Shown here piece after piece: positions 45,854 to 56,164 of a DNA stretch of 64,000 bases. Made by a program: the position numbers and the translations under genes. The DNA is from Alphaproteobacteria bacterium (lineage in GTDB: Bacteria > Pseudomonadota > Alphaproteobacteria > UBA828): the NCBI GenBank assembly GCA_963667785.2, contig CAXXMU010000001.1:416001-480000 (forward strand), given 5' to 3'. Positions within the stretch are counted from its first letter, which is position 1; the number at the start of each line of letters is the position of its first letter. The notes under the pieces were generated by a model. That model did not search any database. It was given only the letters and a program-made list of their open reading frames with translations, and was not told the DNA's origin.

Positions 45854-48800
45854 GTGGTAGCGACGCTCGCCCAGGCCGCTTCGGCCGCCTACTACCTGGA
45901 GAACCAGCGCTCGTTCCGCCATCCGAACGAGTACTACACGGCGGGCGAGGAGCCGGACGGGGTCTGGTTCAACCCGAATGACCTGTTCGGCCTGAAGGAC
46001 GGCGGCAAGGCCGACAGCGCGGACTTCCACCGCCTCTATCACGGCTTCGCGCCGGACGGCTCGGGCAGGCTGACCCGGAACGCGGGCAGCGAGAAGCGCT
46101 CGCCCGGCCTCGACATGACCTTCTCGGCCGACAAGAGCGTCTCCGCGCTCTGGGCCATCGCCGATACCGAGCTGCGCGGCGAGATCGAGCAGGCGCACAA
46201 CGATGCCGCCCGTGTCGCGCTTGAGGAGACGGTGTTCCGCCACTGCGCCTGGACCCGCATCCGCGACCGCCACGGGCAGATTCAGGTTCTGTCCGCGGAT
46301 CTCATGGCGGCGATGTTCCAGCACGGCACCAGCCGGGACAACGACCCGCAGCTTCACACCCACTGCGTGATCTTCAACGCCGCGAGGACCCACGAGGACG
46401 GCAGGTGGCGGGCGATGCATCAGCACCCGGTCTACGGCTGGGTGAAGGCGGCGGGCGCAGTCTATCGGAACACGCTGGCCTGGAACCTCCAGCAGCAACT
46501 CGGCCTACCCATCGAGCAGTACGGCCAGGACGGGGAGTTCACTCGGATTGCAAGCGTTCCGGAAGACCTGGCGGCACACTGGTCGAAGCGGCGGGCGGCG
46601 ATCGTCGATGCGGCGAACGACATGGGCTTCAAGGTCGAGGGCAACGCCGCACGCGCGGCGGCGGCGAACAAGATCACCAGAGCGGGGAAGTCCCCCGACA
46701 ACGACCCCGAAGTGCGTCATGAGCGTTGGCGGGGCGAGGCAGAGAGTTTCTGCGAGCGCGAGGCGCTGATCGCGGAGCTGCTGGGCAAGGCCGAGGACAT
46801 CACCCAGGAGCAGCTGCGCGATCTCACCGCAGTGTTGGAGACGCTGCCGGAGCGCCTGACCCGGGAGGAGGCGGTGTTCCGCCTGCCGGACGTGGTGGAG
46901 CGCGTGAGCAACTTGACGGCGGGGTTGCTCGGCCGGGAAGCGGCGGCGACCGCGGTAGAGCGCGTCATGCGTCACCCCTAGGTGGTGCGGCTGACCCGCA
47001 TCCCCCGCTCCGCCGAGGGCCGCGCGGACATGGCCCATACCAGGCTCTACACCACCGGGCGCACGCTTCAGATGGAGCAGGCGCTACACGACATGGCCGC
47101 AGGCATGGCGGCCGAAACGGGCCACGGCCTCCCCGCCCAGGCGATCGAGGAGAAGATCGCATCGCTCATAGAGCGAGGCTATCCGCTAAGCGAGGAGCAA
47201 GCGCACGCGATCCGCGCGGTGGCCGGCGCGGGCGGACGGGTGGCGATCGTCGAGGGCGCGGCCGGCTCGGGCAAGACCACGACGCTGAGACCCCTCGCCG
47301 ATCTCTGCCGCGAGCACGGGGGTACGGTGATCGCCACCGCGGTGGCGTGGCGCACGGCGGTGGCGCTCGGCAACGACCTCGATGCCCGCCCCTTCTGCGT
47401 GGACAAACTGCTCAAGCTCGCGGCGAAGAACAGTATCGAGATCGACGGCGACACCACCATCGTCGTGGACGAGGCGGGGATGCTGTCGACCCGCCAGGCG
47501 CATCACATCCTGCGGCTCGCGGATCGCCACCATGCCCAGGTGGTGTTTGCGGGAGACACCAGGCAGCAGCAGCCGGTGGAGGCGGGGCCGGGCTTGCGGC
47601 TGATCCGGGATGCCGTGGGTAGCGTCCGGGTGGACCGCATCAGGCGCCAGAAGCCCGACCTCGAGGACATCCAGGTCCACGTCCACGGCGAGTCTCCGTC
47701 CGCTGCGCGCTTCCGGGGCGGTTTGATGGGCGACGTTGAGCGTGCCCGCATCTTCGCCGACTACGAGGCGATGGAGAACAAGCCCGCCTTCACGCCCTGG
47801 CAGGTGGCAGTGTCGGAGGCGCTGAGGGACGGTGACGCGGCCGCCGCGATCGAGGCGTGGCACGAGCGGGGCCGGTTCCATCTCGGCTACAACGAGGAGC
47901 GGACGCTCACGGCCTTGGTGGACGAGTGGGACCGCTACACGAGGCAGCACACGGACAAAAGCGCCGCGGTGCTGGCGCGCACCCGCGCCGAGGTGCGGGC
48001 GCTGTCGCACCTGATGCGCGAGAAGCGCTTCGCCCGGCAGCGAGACCTTGAAAGCTCAGACATCGAGCGCGTCACGGTGATGGTGAGCCGGGGGACGGAG
48101 GACGACAGGACGGTCTCGCCGCTCGAGATCGCCGCCGGCGACCGGCTCCGCATCGGCGCCACCTGCTGGGAAAAGCAGCTCTTCAACGGCACCGTGGTCA
48201 CGGTGGAGGATCTCGAAGTCCTGCACGGGGAACGCAAGCCCGCCGGGCACGGGGCCGGGACGAAGGCGAGGGACCGCGAACCGGGAGAGGACGAACCCTC
48301 CGTCCTGATAACCGCGTGCACCGACGACGGGCGTCGGGTGACCTTCCGCCACGATGAGATCCGCGACTGGTACGGCAACATCCGCCTCGACCACGGCTAT
48401 GCGCTCACCATAGCCGCCGCCCAGGGGCTGACCGTGGACCGCACCTTCATGCTGGCGGACGACCGGCCGGCACGGGAGACCATCTATCCGGCGGCGACCC
48501 GTCATCGCGAGGAGATCGACATATACGTCAACCGCGCCCCGCTGGCGCTGGACGTGGCCGCCCGGCGGGCGGACAGCGATCGCGAGGCACCGGTACTCGA
48601 TAGTGAGATTCGGGCGTACCTGGCGGAGCGCTGGTCGCGCGCCAGGCCCAAGGAGGCGGCGCTCGACTACATGGGCGTGGGCGACTGGGAGGATCGGGAC
48701 ATCCATCGCCGCGCCGGCGGCGACCTGCGCCATGATGAAGCGGCCGAGGCTCGCGCGGCCGCCAACGACAACGCGCTCACGCGCATTGCGCGAGACGTGC

Positions 48801-50722
48801 AGCGCACCGCCTTTGCCTGGCGCCATGAGGCTGTCGTCGGTGCCTTCGCCGCAGGGCGGCAAGAGGTTCTGGCATCCTGGAACGAGCTGCGCCATATGAC
48901 CCGCGCCGACGGCGATGTGGTGGCCCTGGGCGACACCTACCGCGAGACCCTCGACCGCCACGCGGCATTGCTCAGGCAGGCTGAGCCCTTCCGCGCCCGG
49001 CCGGAGGCTTTCTCCGCCCTGCTCGCTGCGCGCAGCATCGTCCACGAGGACCTCGACGAGTTCGAGCAGCTCCACGGCCGTGCGCGCCGCCATCGCCACG
49101 CGGCGACCATGCGGCAGGTGCATCGGGCGCGGCGGGAGACCGAGCGGCAGGACCTGACGCCCGCGGCGCGGCAGAGCGAGCTGACGCTGGAGGGCGAGGC
49201 CGTCCGGTCGACGTCCCCCGAGCCACCCGACTGGTTCGCTTCCGTACCCCCGCCCGACGACAAGGACCTCGCCTGCGCGCGCGCCTTGGTAGAGCAGGAA
49301 GACTTGGCACCGCCTGCCCCGGACCCTGAGCCCGTCAATCCCGACTGGTTGCCCGCCTACAACGATGTGGCCCGCGAGTGGAAGGCGCTCAACGAACGGG
49401 CACGGCAATCCGGCACGATTGCGTTCTACGCCAGAGGCTATGCCGAGCTGGTCCCGCGCATCAGGGCGGTGGCGGAGAGCTTCGATATCCCCCTTGAGAA
49501 CCGCGATCCCATGGTCCGGACCCTTCAGCTTCACGAACGCCATCTCGCGGCACGGAAGGAGATCGAGGACTTCCTCGCCGGCGCGGAGCGGCACATGGTA
49601 AGGCGCGAGGCTCTCCGCGAGGCGGCGACCGACGCCAACGCGATGGTCGCGGCAATGCCGAATTACCGGCGCTGGAGAGGGAAGGCCGAGCAGCTTGTGG
49701 TCGAGGGAGAGGCCATTCTCTCCGACCGCGAGACCTACGGCCCCCATCTCGATAACATTGCCGTCGGCGCGGAGCGTGCGCAGGGGGCGGTCTCCGATCT
49801 CGGCGTGGCGATCCAGGATGACGACGAGGAGCTGGCCCGGTCCAAGCGAGAGGCACGCGAGCAGCGCAGGTGGGCACAGGCACAGACCCGTCTACTGTTC
49901 GCAACGGATCCCGCCCCTGACGCCGCCGCTGCGGAACCCGCGCGCGAAACGCCGGTGCGAGCGGTGCTCTCTCGCCTTGGCCATGCAGCGGGCCTTGCGT
50001 TCGGCGGCGAGGCCTACAGGCGGGAGATCGAGATCGAGGGCTACGAACGGAACGCGCTGGAGCGCACAAAGCAGCCGATGCTGGAGTGGAACCACCTAGT
50101 GGAGCGTGCGATGGAGGAGGGCGCGCATGTCATTCACATGGACGGCTGCGACAGCCTGCGCAGGGAGCTGGATGCAGTATCCCGGAACTTCGACCTGGAC
50201 CGGCGCATCGCCGCGAAGATTGAAGCCGTGCTCACCGAGCTGGGCGAGGCCAGGACAGACGCCGGGTATGTCGAGAGCCGGCACCGTTTCCTGCTGAGGA
50301 GCCTGGAGCGCCGCGAGGAGCTTCACGCCAGCGCGGCAAGGCTTAGCGCCGCGGTTGCCGGCCTTGCGGACTACGATTCCTGGCGCCACAGCATCGACGA
50401 GGCGCTCGAACACGCCGAGCATATTCTGGCAAACCCCGGCAGGTACGGTGTCCATCTCCACGGCGTCACGCAAGGGCGAGAGAGCCTGTCATCGGCGCTC
50501 TCGCGTGCGCGGGAGATGCTGCGCGAGGACGACCGGCACCTTGCGACGGTCCTGGCGGGCCGGCGCACGGGCGAGACCGTGCAGGAACGCCAGGAGCGCA
50601 TTGCCCGTCTCCTCGACGACCCGGACGAACTCAGGAGGCTACGTGAGCAACGCGCAGAACATCGCAGGGCCGGCAGGTGGCAGCGCAGGGGCAGATATCA
50701 GAGTCGCGGCATGAGCATGTAG
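45854..50722 (+). pseudogene. MOBF (TrwC-type) relaxase-helicase interrupted by one in-frame TAG at 46979-46981
   Basis: YY/YY tyrosines, DMTFSADKSVS, H.TSRDNDPQLHTH; the same frame continues into GAAGSGKTT, VDEAGM and HGYALT...QG.TVD. Confidence 0.88.
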
Positions 50723-50985
50723 CGACCGATGCAGGCGTTGACGCCGCCGTCTCAATCGTCTTCCTAATGCACCTCCTCACGATTTGAGGCATTCTCGCGC
50801 CTCTCATGGGACCATGAACTGAGAAGGCCTGCGCCTCATGGAGTGCTCCATCCGCTGGGCGCGGGGACAATGCTTACGCGAGATCAGCCAACAACCTTCG
50901 ACTTGGATTTTGAGGAAATAGTTCACTTGACTAGGGAAACTTACGGCCTCGAAATCAAGTCGAGGGCTCAGACACGAGATGACAC

Positions 50986-53900
50986 ATGAAGGCCTTCCAG
51001 TTCGATCGGCACATTGTCGAAAGCTACGACAGCTTTTCTCGATCATTCAGCACCATTCGGGCGTCTGATCTACATGAGGCAATTGCACACAAGTATGAGG
51101 AAGGCCACTTCTGGCCGGACGCACTTCTTTCCCTGAACCCGCACTACGAAGGTGGGCCGACCGTCGACGATCTCGTCAACTCTGGCGATCTATGTCCGGA
51201 AACGGCACAGGTATTCCGTTTCGAATCAGGCCCAATTCGGTTTCACCGACACCAAGGACAGGCCATCGCCAAGGCATGCGCTAGGCAAAGTTTCGTCGTG
51301 ACCACAGGAACCGGATCGGGGAAGTCTCTCTGCTTCTTCGTTCCGATTGTCGACGCCATCATCAGGGCACGGAAGGCGGGCGACACCCCAAGGACACGCG
51401 CCATCATCGTTTATCCCATGAACGCCCTGGCCAATAGTCAGATCAAGGAGATCGACAAGTTCATCCGCCAGTCGAGCCTGGCGGAGAACTTAAAGCCGAT
51501 TGTTCGGCGCTACACCGGACAAGAAGACCGAGATGAACGAGAGCGCATCGCAAACAATCCGCCGGATATTCTTCTGACCAACTTCATGATGGCAGAACTT
51601 CTTTTAACTCGGCAGGACAGCATTGATTCCCAAGTCATTGCGAACGCTCACGGCCTTGAATTCATAGTCCTCGACGAGCTGCATACATATCGCGGTCGTC
51701 AGGGCGCCGATGTCGCCGTCCTCGTTCGACGGCTGCGCGACCGCTGCACGCCTGACAGGGCTCCGATCTGTGTCGGAACCTCTGCGACCATGGCGAGCGA
51801 AGGCAGCGACGACGTCCGAGCCTTGTCGGTTTCAGAAGCGGCCTCCCGTCTGTTTGGGGTTCAAATCGGTCCGGATTCTGTGATCGATGAATCCCTGCGG
51901 CGAGCCACGGACGATCGCCTTGGGCTCTCCGACGTCGAACCGAAGCTGGCGGCTATCCTTCAGGATGATCTCCCTGATCGATTGATCGATACCGATTTGT
52001 TCACCCATCCTCTGGCAGTTTGGACGGAACTCGCGCTCGGCCTGGAGGACGGCCGGAGTCTGAAGCGGCGGCGGCCGACGCCATTCGGTGATGCCGCAAC
52101 TTTACTTGCGGATGCCAGCGGTACGGACCAGGGGCGGTGTGAGGCTGTTCTGGAGAACTTCCTCACCAGGGTCAGCCTTCCCGAGAAGGACCGAGGCGGT
52201 AGCGGTGACCACGCCTTTCTGGCCTTCAAACTCCATCGTTTCGTTGCGGGAGCGGGCGAGGCTTTTGCAACTCTTCGCGCCAAGCCACGAACTGTGCTGC
52301 TCGAAGGGCAGCTCGAAGATCCCGATGATCCTGGAACACGGCTGTACCCGGTTCGCTTCTGTCGTCAGTGCGGCCAAGAGTACTACGTTGTTGCCAAATC
52401 GGAGCAGGACGATGGCGCCGTGTTCCTGCCACGCAACATCGATGACACACCGATCATGAGCGATGGCACTTCGGATTCTGCCGGATACCTGACGCCAGTT
52501 GGACACGACGATCAAGAATACCGCTTTGACGGCTCTCTTGAGAGTTTTCCGGAAGACTGGTTGGAAGAGCGCAAGGGTGTGATCAAGCTGCGGTCGAACC
52601 GCAAGAACCGCGTCCCGATGATGGTGACAATCGCGCAGGACGGGCGAGTTGCGGGGGACGGCGAGCAGTTCTGGTTTATCTCCGGCAAATTCGGTTTCTG
52701 CACATGTTGCCTCGATGAGCCGCAAAGTCGCATGCGCGAGCGCAGCAAGCTCGCCGGGCTTACCGCGGAAGGTCGGAGCTCCGCGACGACGCTTCTCGTT
52801 TCAAGCGCTCTGGAGTGGTTGAATCGGCCCAACAACGCCGTTCCACGGGACAAGCGCAAACTTCTTGGCTTCACTGACAATCGCCAGGACGCCGCGCTTC
52901 AGGCCGGACATTTCAACGACTTCCTGTTCGTAAGCCTTCTTCGAGGTGCAATTTTGAGGGCTGTTCTCGATGCCGGTGATGATGGCCTGCGGGATGACGA
53001 GTTCGGCTTTCGCGTTCAGAGGGCCCTAGGTTTCACGTCCTCGAATGAGACAGGGCGGTTGCACTGGATGTTGACTCCGGAAGCAGGGGCAGTGGTTCGC
53101 AGCGACGCCGAGCGGGCTCTAGCCAAAGTGCTCGCGCACCGGGTCTGGACCGATTTGCGTCGAGGCTGGCGTTTCACCAATCCCAGCCTATCCACCCTCA
53201 AGCTGATCCAGGTAGATTTCGTGGGTCTCGACGAAGTGGTCGAAGACGCTGAGAGGCTGGCGGCCATTTTGCCGGAACTGGGATCTCTCGATCATGACGC
53301 CCGCAAGAGAGCCCTCCGGATTCTGCTGGAGGCCATGCTCGAAGGCCTCGCCGTAGCGACTGAGGCGCTCGATCTTGCGGTGCTTGACACCGTCGCTCAG
53401 AGATCGCGCTCCCTCCTGCGCCCGCCCTGGTCGATCGACGGCAAGGAAATGCCCCGGGAGCGCGCGACGCTCTTCCTCAGGGCTCCCGGCAAGAAAGCCA
53501 CCGGTCTGCGTGAAGAGAGGATGATCTTGCGCGCTGGCCCGCGTTCGCGCATTGCGCGCCTCCTCAACCGGGAGAGCGCCATCGGTGCCAAGCTTAGCGG
53601 AGATGACTACCTCATCTTTCTTTCCGAGCTCCTCGCGATCTTGGCCGATGAAGGGCTGGTGACGTTGGCTTCCAGCAACGGCGAGCTTCAGGGCTGGTGG
53701 TTGTCGCCGTCGGCCGTTCGTCTCGTTCCCGGTGAGGCTGCCTGCAATCAAGCCGCTCAGGGGAGTCCATACTTTCATGACCTGTATTCGCGCATTGCAG
53801 CCGATCTCGAATCGGACGCCAGTTCGTTGTTTGGCATGGAAAGCCGCGAACACACCGCGCAGGTCACCCCGAGACAACGGGAGTGGCGGGAGTGGCGCTT

Positions 53901-56160
53901 TCGTTTCGAAGCCGACGATCAGGCGCGCATCGCCGAGTTCGAAGCCGAAATCAAGGCAAGCGGAGAGTCGAAACAGCTTCTTCCTGCCCTGTTCTGCACG
54001 CCAACCATGGAACTAGGTGTCGATATCTCGGCTCTGAATGCCGTCTATCTCCGTAACGTACCGCCGACTCCTGCAAACTACGCGCAGCGTGCAGGCCGTG
54101 CGGGACGATCGGGGCAAGCGGCTGCCATCTTCACGTATTGCGCGGCTCAGTCGCCGCATGACCAGTATTTCTTCGATCGGCGCATCGACATGGTGGCCGG
54201 AGCTGTTCGCCCGCCCGCGCTCGACATCGGCAACAGAAATCTCGTTACATCACATCTCCAGGCGATCTGGCTGGCCGAGGCCGGATTGGCGCTATCCCCG
54301 GACATTCCCGAGATCCTCGACCTCCAGAAGCCCCGCTATCCTCTGACGGATGACATACTCAAGGTCATCCATGATCCTGGTTTAGTCGACAAAGCACGCG
54401 CCCCACTGCGTCGAGTCCTTAATCACATCCTCTCGTCGCTCGACGGCCGCAAGCCGATCTGGATGGATGATCCCGAGGAGTATGTGACAGAGGTAGCCAA
54501 CCAGGCGCCGGCCGAATTCGACAATGCTTTCGATCGCTGGCGCGAACTCTATCACTCCGCGCGCACGCAACTGATTGAAGCCAACAAGCAGTCGCAGGTA
54601 CCGGGCCTATCCGGGGCAGACCGGCGCAAGATCAAGGCCGCGCAGATGCAGGCCACGGACCAAATTGGAATTCTTGAACAAGGCAGGGCAACCAACAGTT
54701 CGGATTTCTATTCCTACCGCTACCTGGCAACCGAAGGGTTTCTGCCGGGCTACAACTTCCCCCGACTGCCGCTTTACGCCTTCATTCCGGGGGAGGGAAA
54801 GTCCGGTTCATTCCTGCAGCGAGCCCGCTTTCTTGCCATTTCCGAGTTCGGACCTCGCAGTCTCATCTATCACGAGGGCCGCGCATTTCGCGTCATCAAG
54901 GCGAAGTTGCCTCCCGAGGCGCGCACCGACGACGGTCAGGAGCTCGCGACACAGGACATTGCCATCTGCCCCGACTGCGGCGCTTCCCACGACGGCGAGG
55001 TCGAACGCTGTCACGCTTGTGCTGCGCCGATGGCGGACGCGTTACCAGTCAGGCGCACGCTCAGGATCGACAACGTCGAAGCGGCGCCGACCGAGCGCAT
55101 TACTGCCAACGACGAAGAGCGCATTCGACAGGGCTTCGAGATACAGACCGTATTCTCGTGGCCCAGGAAGCACGGCCGCATTGAGATCGTGGAGGCCCGG
55201 TTTCGAACAGGGGACGTTCCTCTCTTTACGCTCCAATACGCCAATAGCGCCGAGATCAGCCGGATCAACAAGGGCCTGAAGCGCCGGCGCAACGAGACCG
55301 TACTTGGCTTCATGATCGATCCCCGCACCGGCTATTGGGCCAAGACCGAAGACGAGGATCCGGAGACTGAGCTCCCGCCCGATGCGGTACGGCCGGTGCG
55401 GATCGTTCCCATTGTCCGGGATCGCAAGAACGCTCTTCTGCTCCGCTTCGAAGACCCTGATCGCTTCGATCCGAAGACGATCACCACTGTCCAGCACGCC
55501 TTGATGCGGGGCATTGCAGTGGTGTTCCAGCTCGAGGAAGGCGAAATCCTGGGCGAGCCGCTGCCGAGCAGAGACGACCGGCGCGCGGTCCTCGCCTACG
55601 AGGCGACTGAGGGCGGCGCGGGCGTATTGAGCCGCTTGATCGAGGATCCGGCCGCGCTGAACCGAGTCGCCCGGCGGGCACTGGAACTCATGCACTTCGA
55701 TGAGGTAGGAAGTGCTGTTGCGGCAGGCGCTCCCGACCTACTTAAGGAACGCAAAGAAGACGCCTGTGTGCGCGGCTGTTACCGCTGTCTCCTCTCCTAC
55801 TTCAACCAGCCCGATCACGAGATGATCGACCGTGCGAACCTCGAGGTGCAGCAGCTGTTGATCGATATCGCGCGCGGCGAGGTCGTGCTAAACGCCGCAC
55901 CGGTAGACACAGGCCCCGTGGACGGCTGGCCTGAGGCGTTTGCCCAGATTGGTATTCCTGTGCCCGACGCGAGGCACCTGAGGCTTGCCAATGTCTCGTT
56001 TCCCTATAGCTGGCGCAGCCACTACGTCGCCGCGATGACCGGCACCATCCCAGAGGAAGCGAAGGCCGCGGCGAACGACCGTGGTTGGAGCCTTTTCGAA
56101 TTGCCGGCCAACCCGTCAGGCGGCTTGCCATCTGGATTGATCACCGCCCTCAAGGATTGA
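50986..56160 (+). CDS. Large DEAD/DEAH helicase with C-terminal DUF1998-type zinc site
   Basis: TGTGSGKS, YPMNALANSQ, LDELHTYRG, TMELGVDI, NYAQRAGRAGR, GGAG, CVRGCYRCLLSY.NQ. Confidence 0.92.
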   Translation: MKAFQFDRHIVESYDSFSRSFSTIRASDLHEAIAHKYEEGHFWPDALLSLNPHYEGGPTVDDLVNSGDLCPETAQVFRFESGPIRFHRHQGQAIAKACARQSFVVTTGTGSGKSLCFFVPIVDAIIRARKAGDTPRTRAIIVYPMNALANSQIKEIDKFIRQSSLAENLKPIVRRYTGQEDRDERERIANNPPDILLTNFMMAELLLTRQDSIDSQVIANAHGLEFIVLDELHTYRGRQGADVAVLVRRLRDRCTPDRAPICVGTSATMASEGSDDVRALSVSEAASRLFGVQIGPDSVIDESLRRATDDRLGLSDVEPKLAAILQDDLPDRLIDTDLFTHPLAVWTELALGLEDGRSLKRRRPTPFGDAATLLADASGTDQGRCEAVLENFLTRVSLPEKDRGGSGDHAFLAFKLHRFVAGAGEAFATLRAKPRTVLLEGQLEDPDDPGTRLYPVRFCRQCGQEYYVVAKSEQDDGAVFLPRNIDDTPIMSDGTSDSAGYLTPVGHDDQEYRFDGSLESFPEDWLEERKGVIKLRSNRKNRVPMMVTIAQDGRVAGDGEQFWFISGKFGFCTCCLDEPQSRMRERSKLAGLTAEGRSSATTLLVSSALEWLNRPNNAVPRDKRKLLGFTDNRQDAALQAGHFNDFLFVSLLRGAILRAVLDAGDDGLRDDEFGFRVQRALGFTSSNETGRLHWMLTPEAGAVVRSDAERALAKVLAHRVWTDLRRGWRFTNPSLSTLKLIQVDFVGLDEVVEDAERLAAILPELGSLDHDARKRALRILLEAMLEGLAVATEALDLAVLDTVAQRSRSLLRPPWSIDGKEMPRERATLFLRAPGKKATGLREERMILRAGPRSRIARLLNRESAIGAKLSGDDYLIFLSELLAILADEGLVTLASSNGELQGWWLSPSAVRLVPGEAACNQAAQGSPYFHDLYSRIAADLESDASSLFGMESREHTAQVTPRQREWREWRFRFEADDQARIAEFEAEIKASGESKQLLPALFCTPTMELGVDISALNAVYLRNVPPTPANYAQRAGRAGRSGQAAAIFTYCAAQSPHDQYFFDRRIDMVAGAVRPPALDIGNRNLVTSHLQAIWLAEAGLALSPDIPEILDLQKPRYPLTDDILKVIHDPGLVDKARAPLRRVLNHILSSLDGRKPIWMDDPEEYVTEVANQAPAEFDNAFDRWRELYHSARTQLIEANKQSQVPGLSGADRRKIKAAQMQATDQIGILEQGRATNSSDFYSYRYLATEGFLPGYNFPRLPLYAFIPGEGKSGSFLQRARFLAISEFGPRSLIYHEGRAFRVIKAKLPPEARTDDGQELATQDIAICPDCGASHDGEVERCHACAAPMADALPVRRTLRIDNVEAAPTERITANDEERIRQGFEIQTVFSWPRKHGRIEIVEARFRTGDVPLFTLQYANSAEISRINKGLKRRRNETVLGFMIDPRTGYWAKTEDEDPETELPPDAVRPVRIVPIVRDRKNALLLRFEDPDRFDPKTITTVQHALMRGIAVVFQLEEGEILGEPLPSRDDRRAVLAYEATEGGAGVLSRLIEDPAALNRVARRALELMHFDEVGSAVAAGAPDLLKERKEDACVRGCYRCLLSYFNQPDHEMIDRANLEVQQLLIDIARGEVVLNAAPVDTGPVDGWPEAFAQIGIPVPDARHLRLANVSFPYSWRSHYVAAMTGTIPEEAKAAANDRGWSLFELPANPSGGLPSGLITALKD

Positions 56161-56164
56161 GCGC

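Noticed and set aside
46979-46981. Pyrrolysine or programmed readthrough at the relaxase TAG
   Set aside because: No pyl genes or supporting signal in the window, and TAG is used as a normal stop in other genes here
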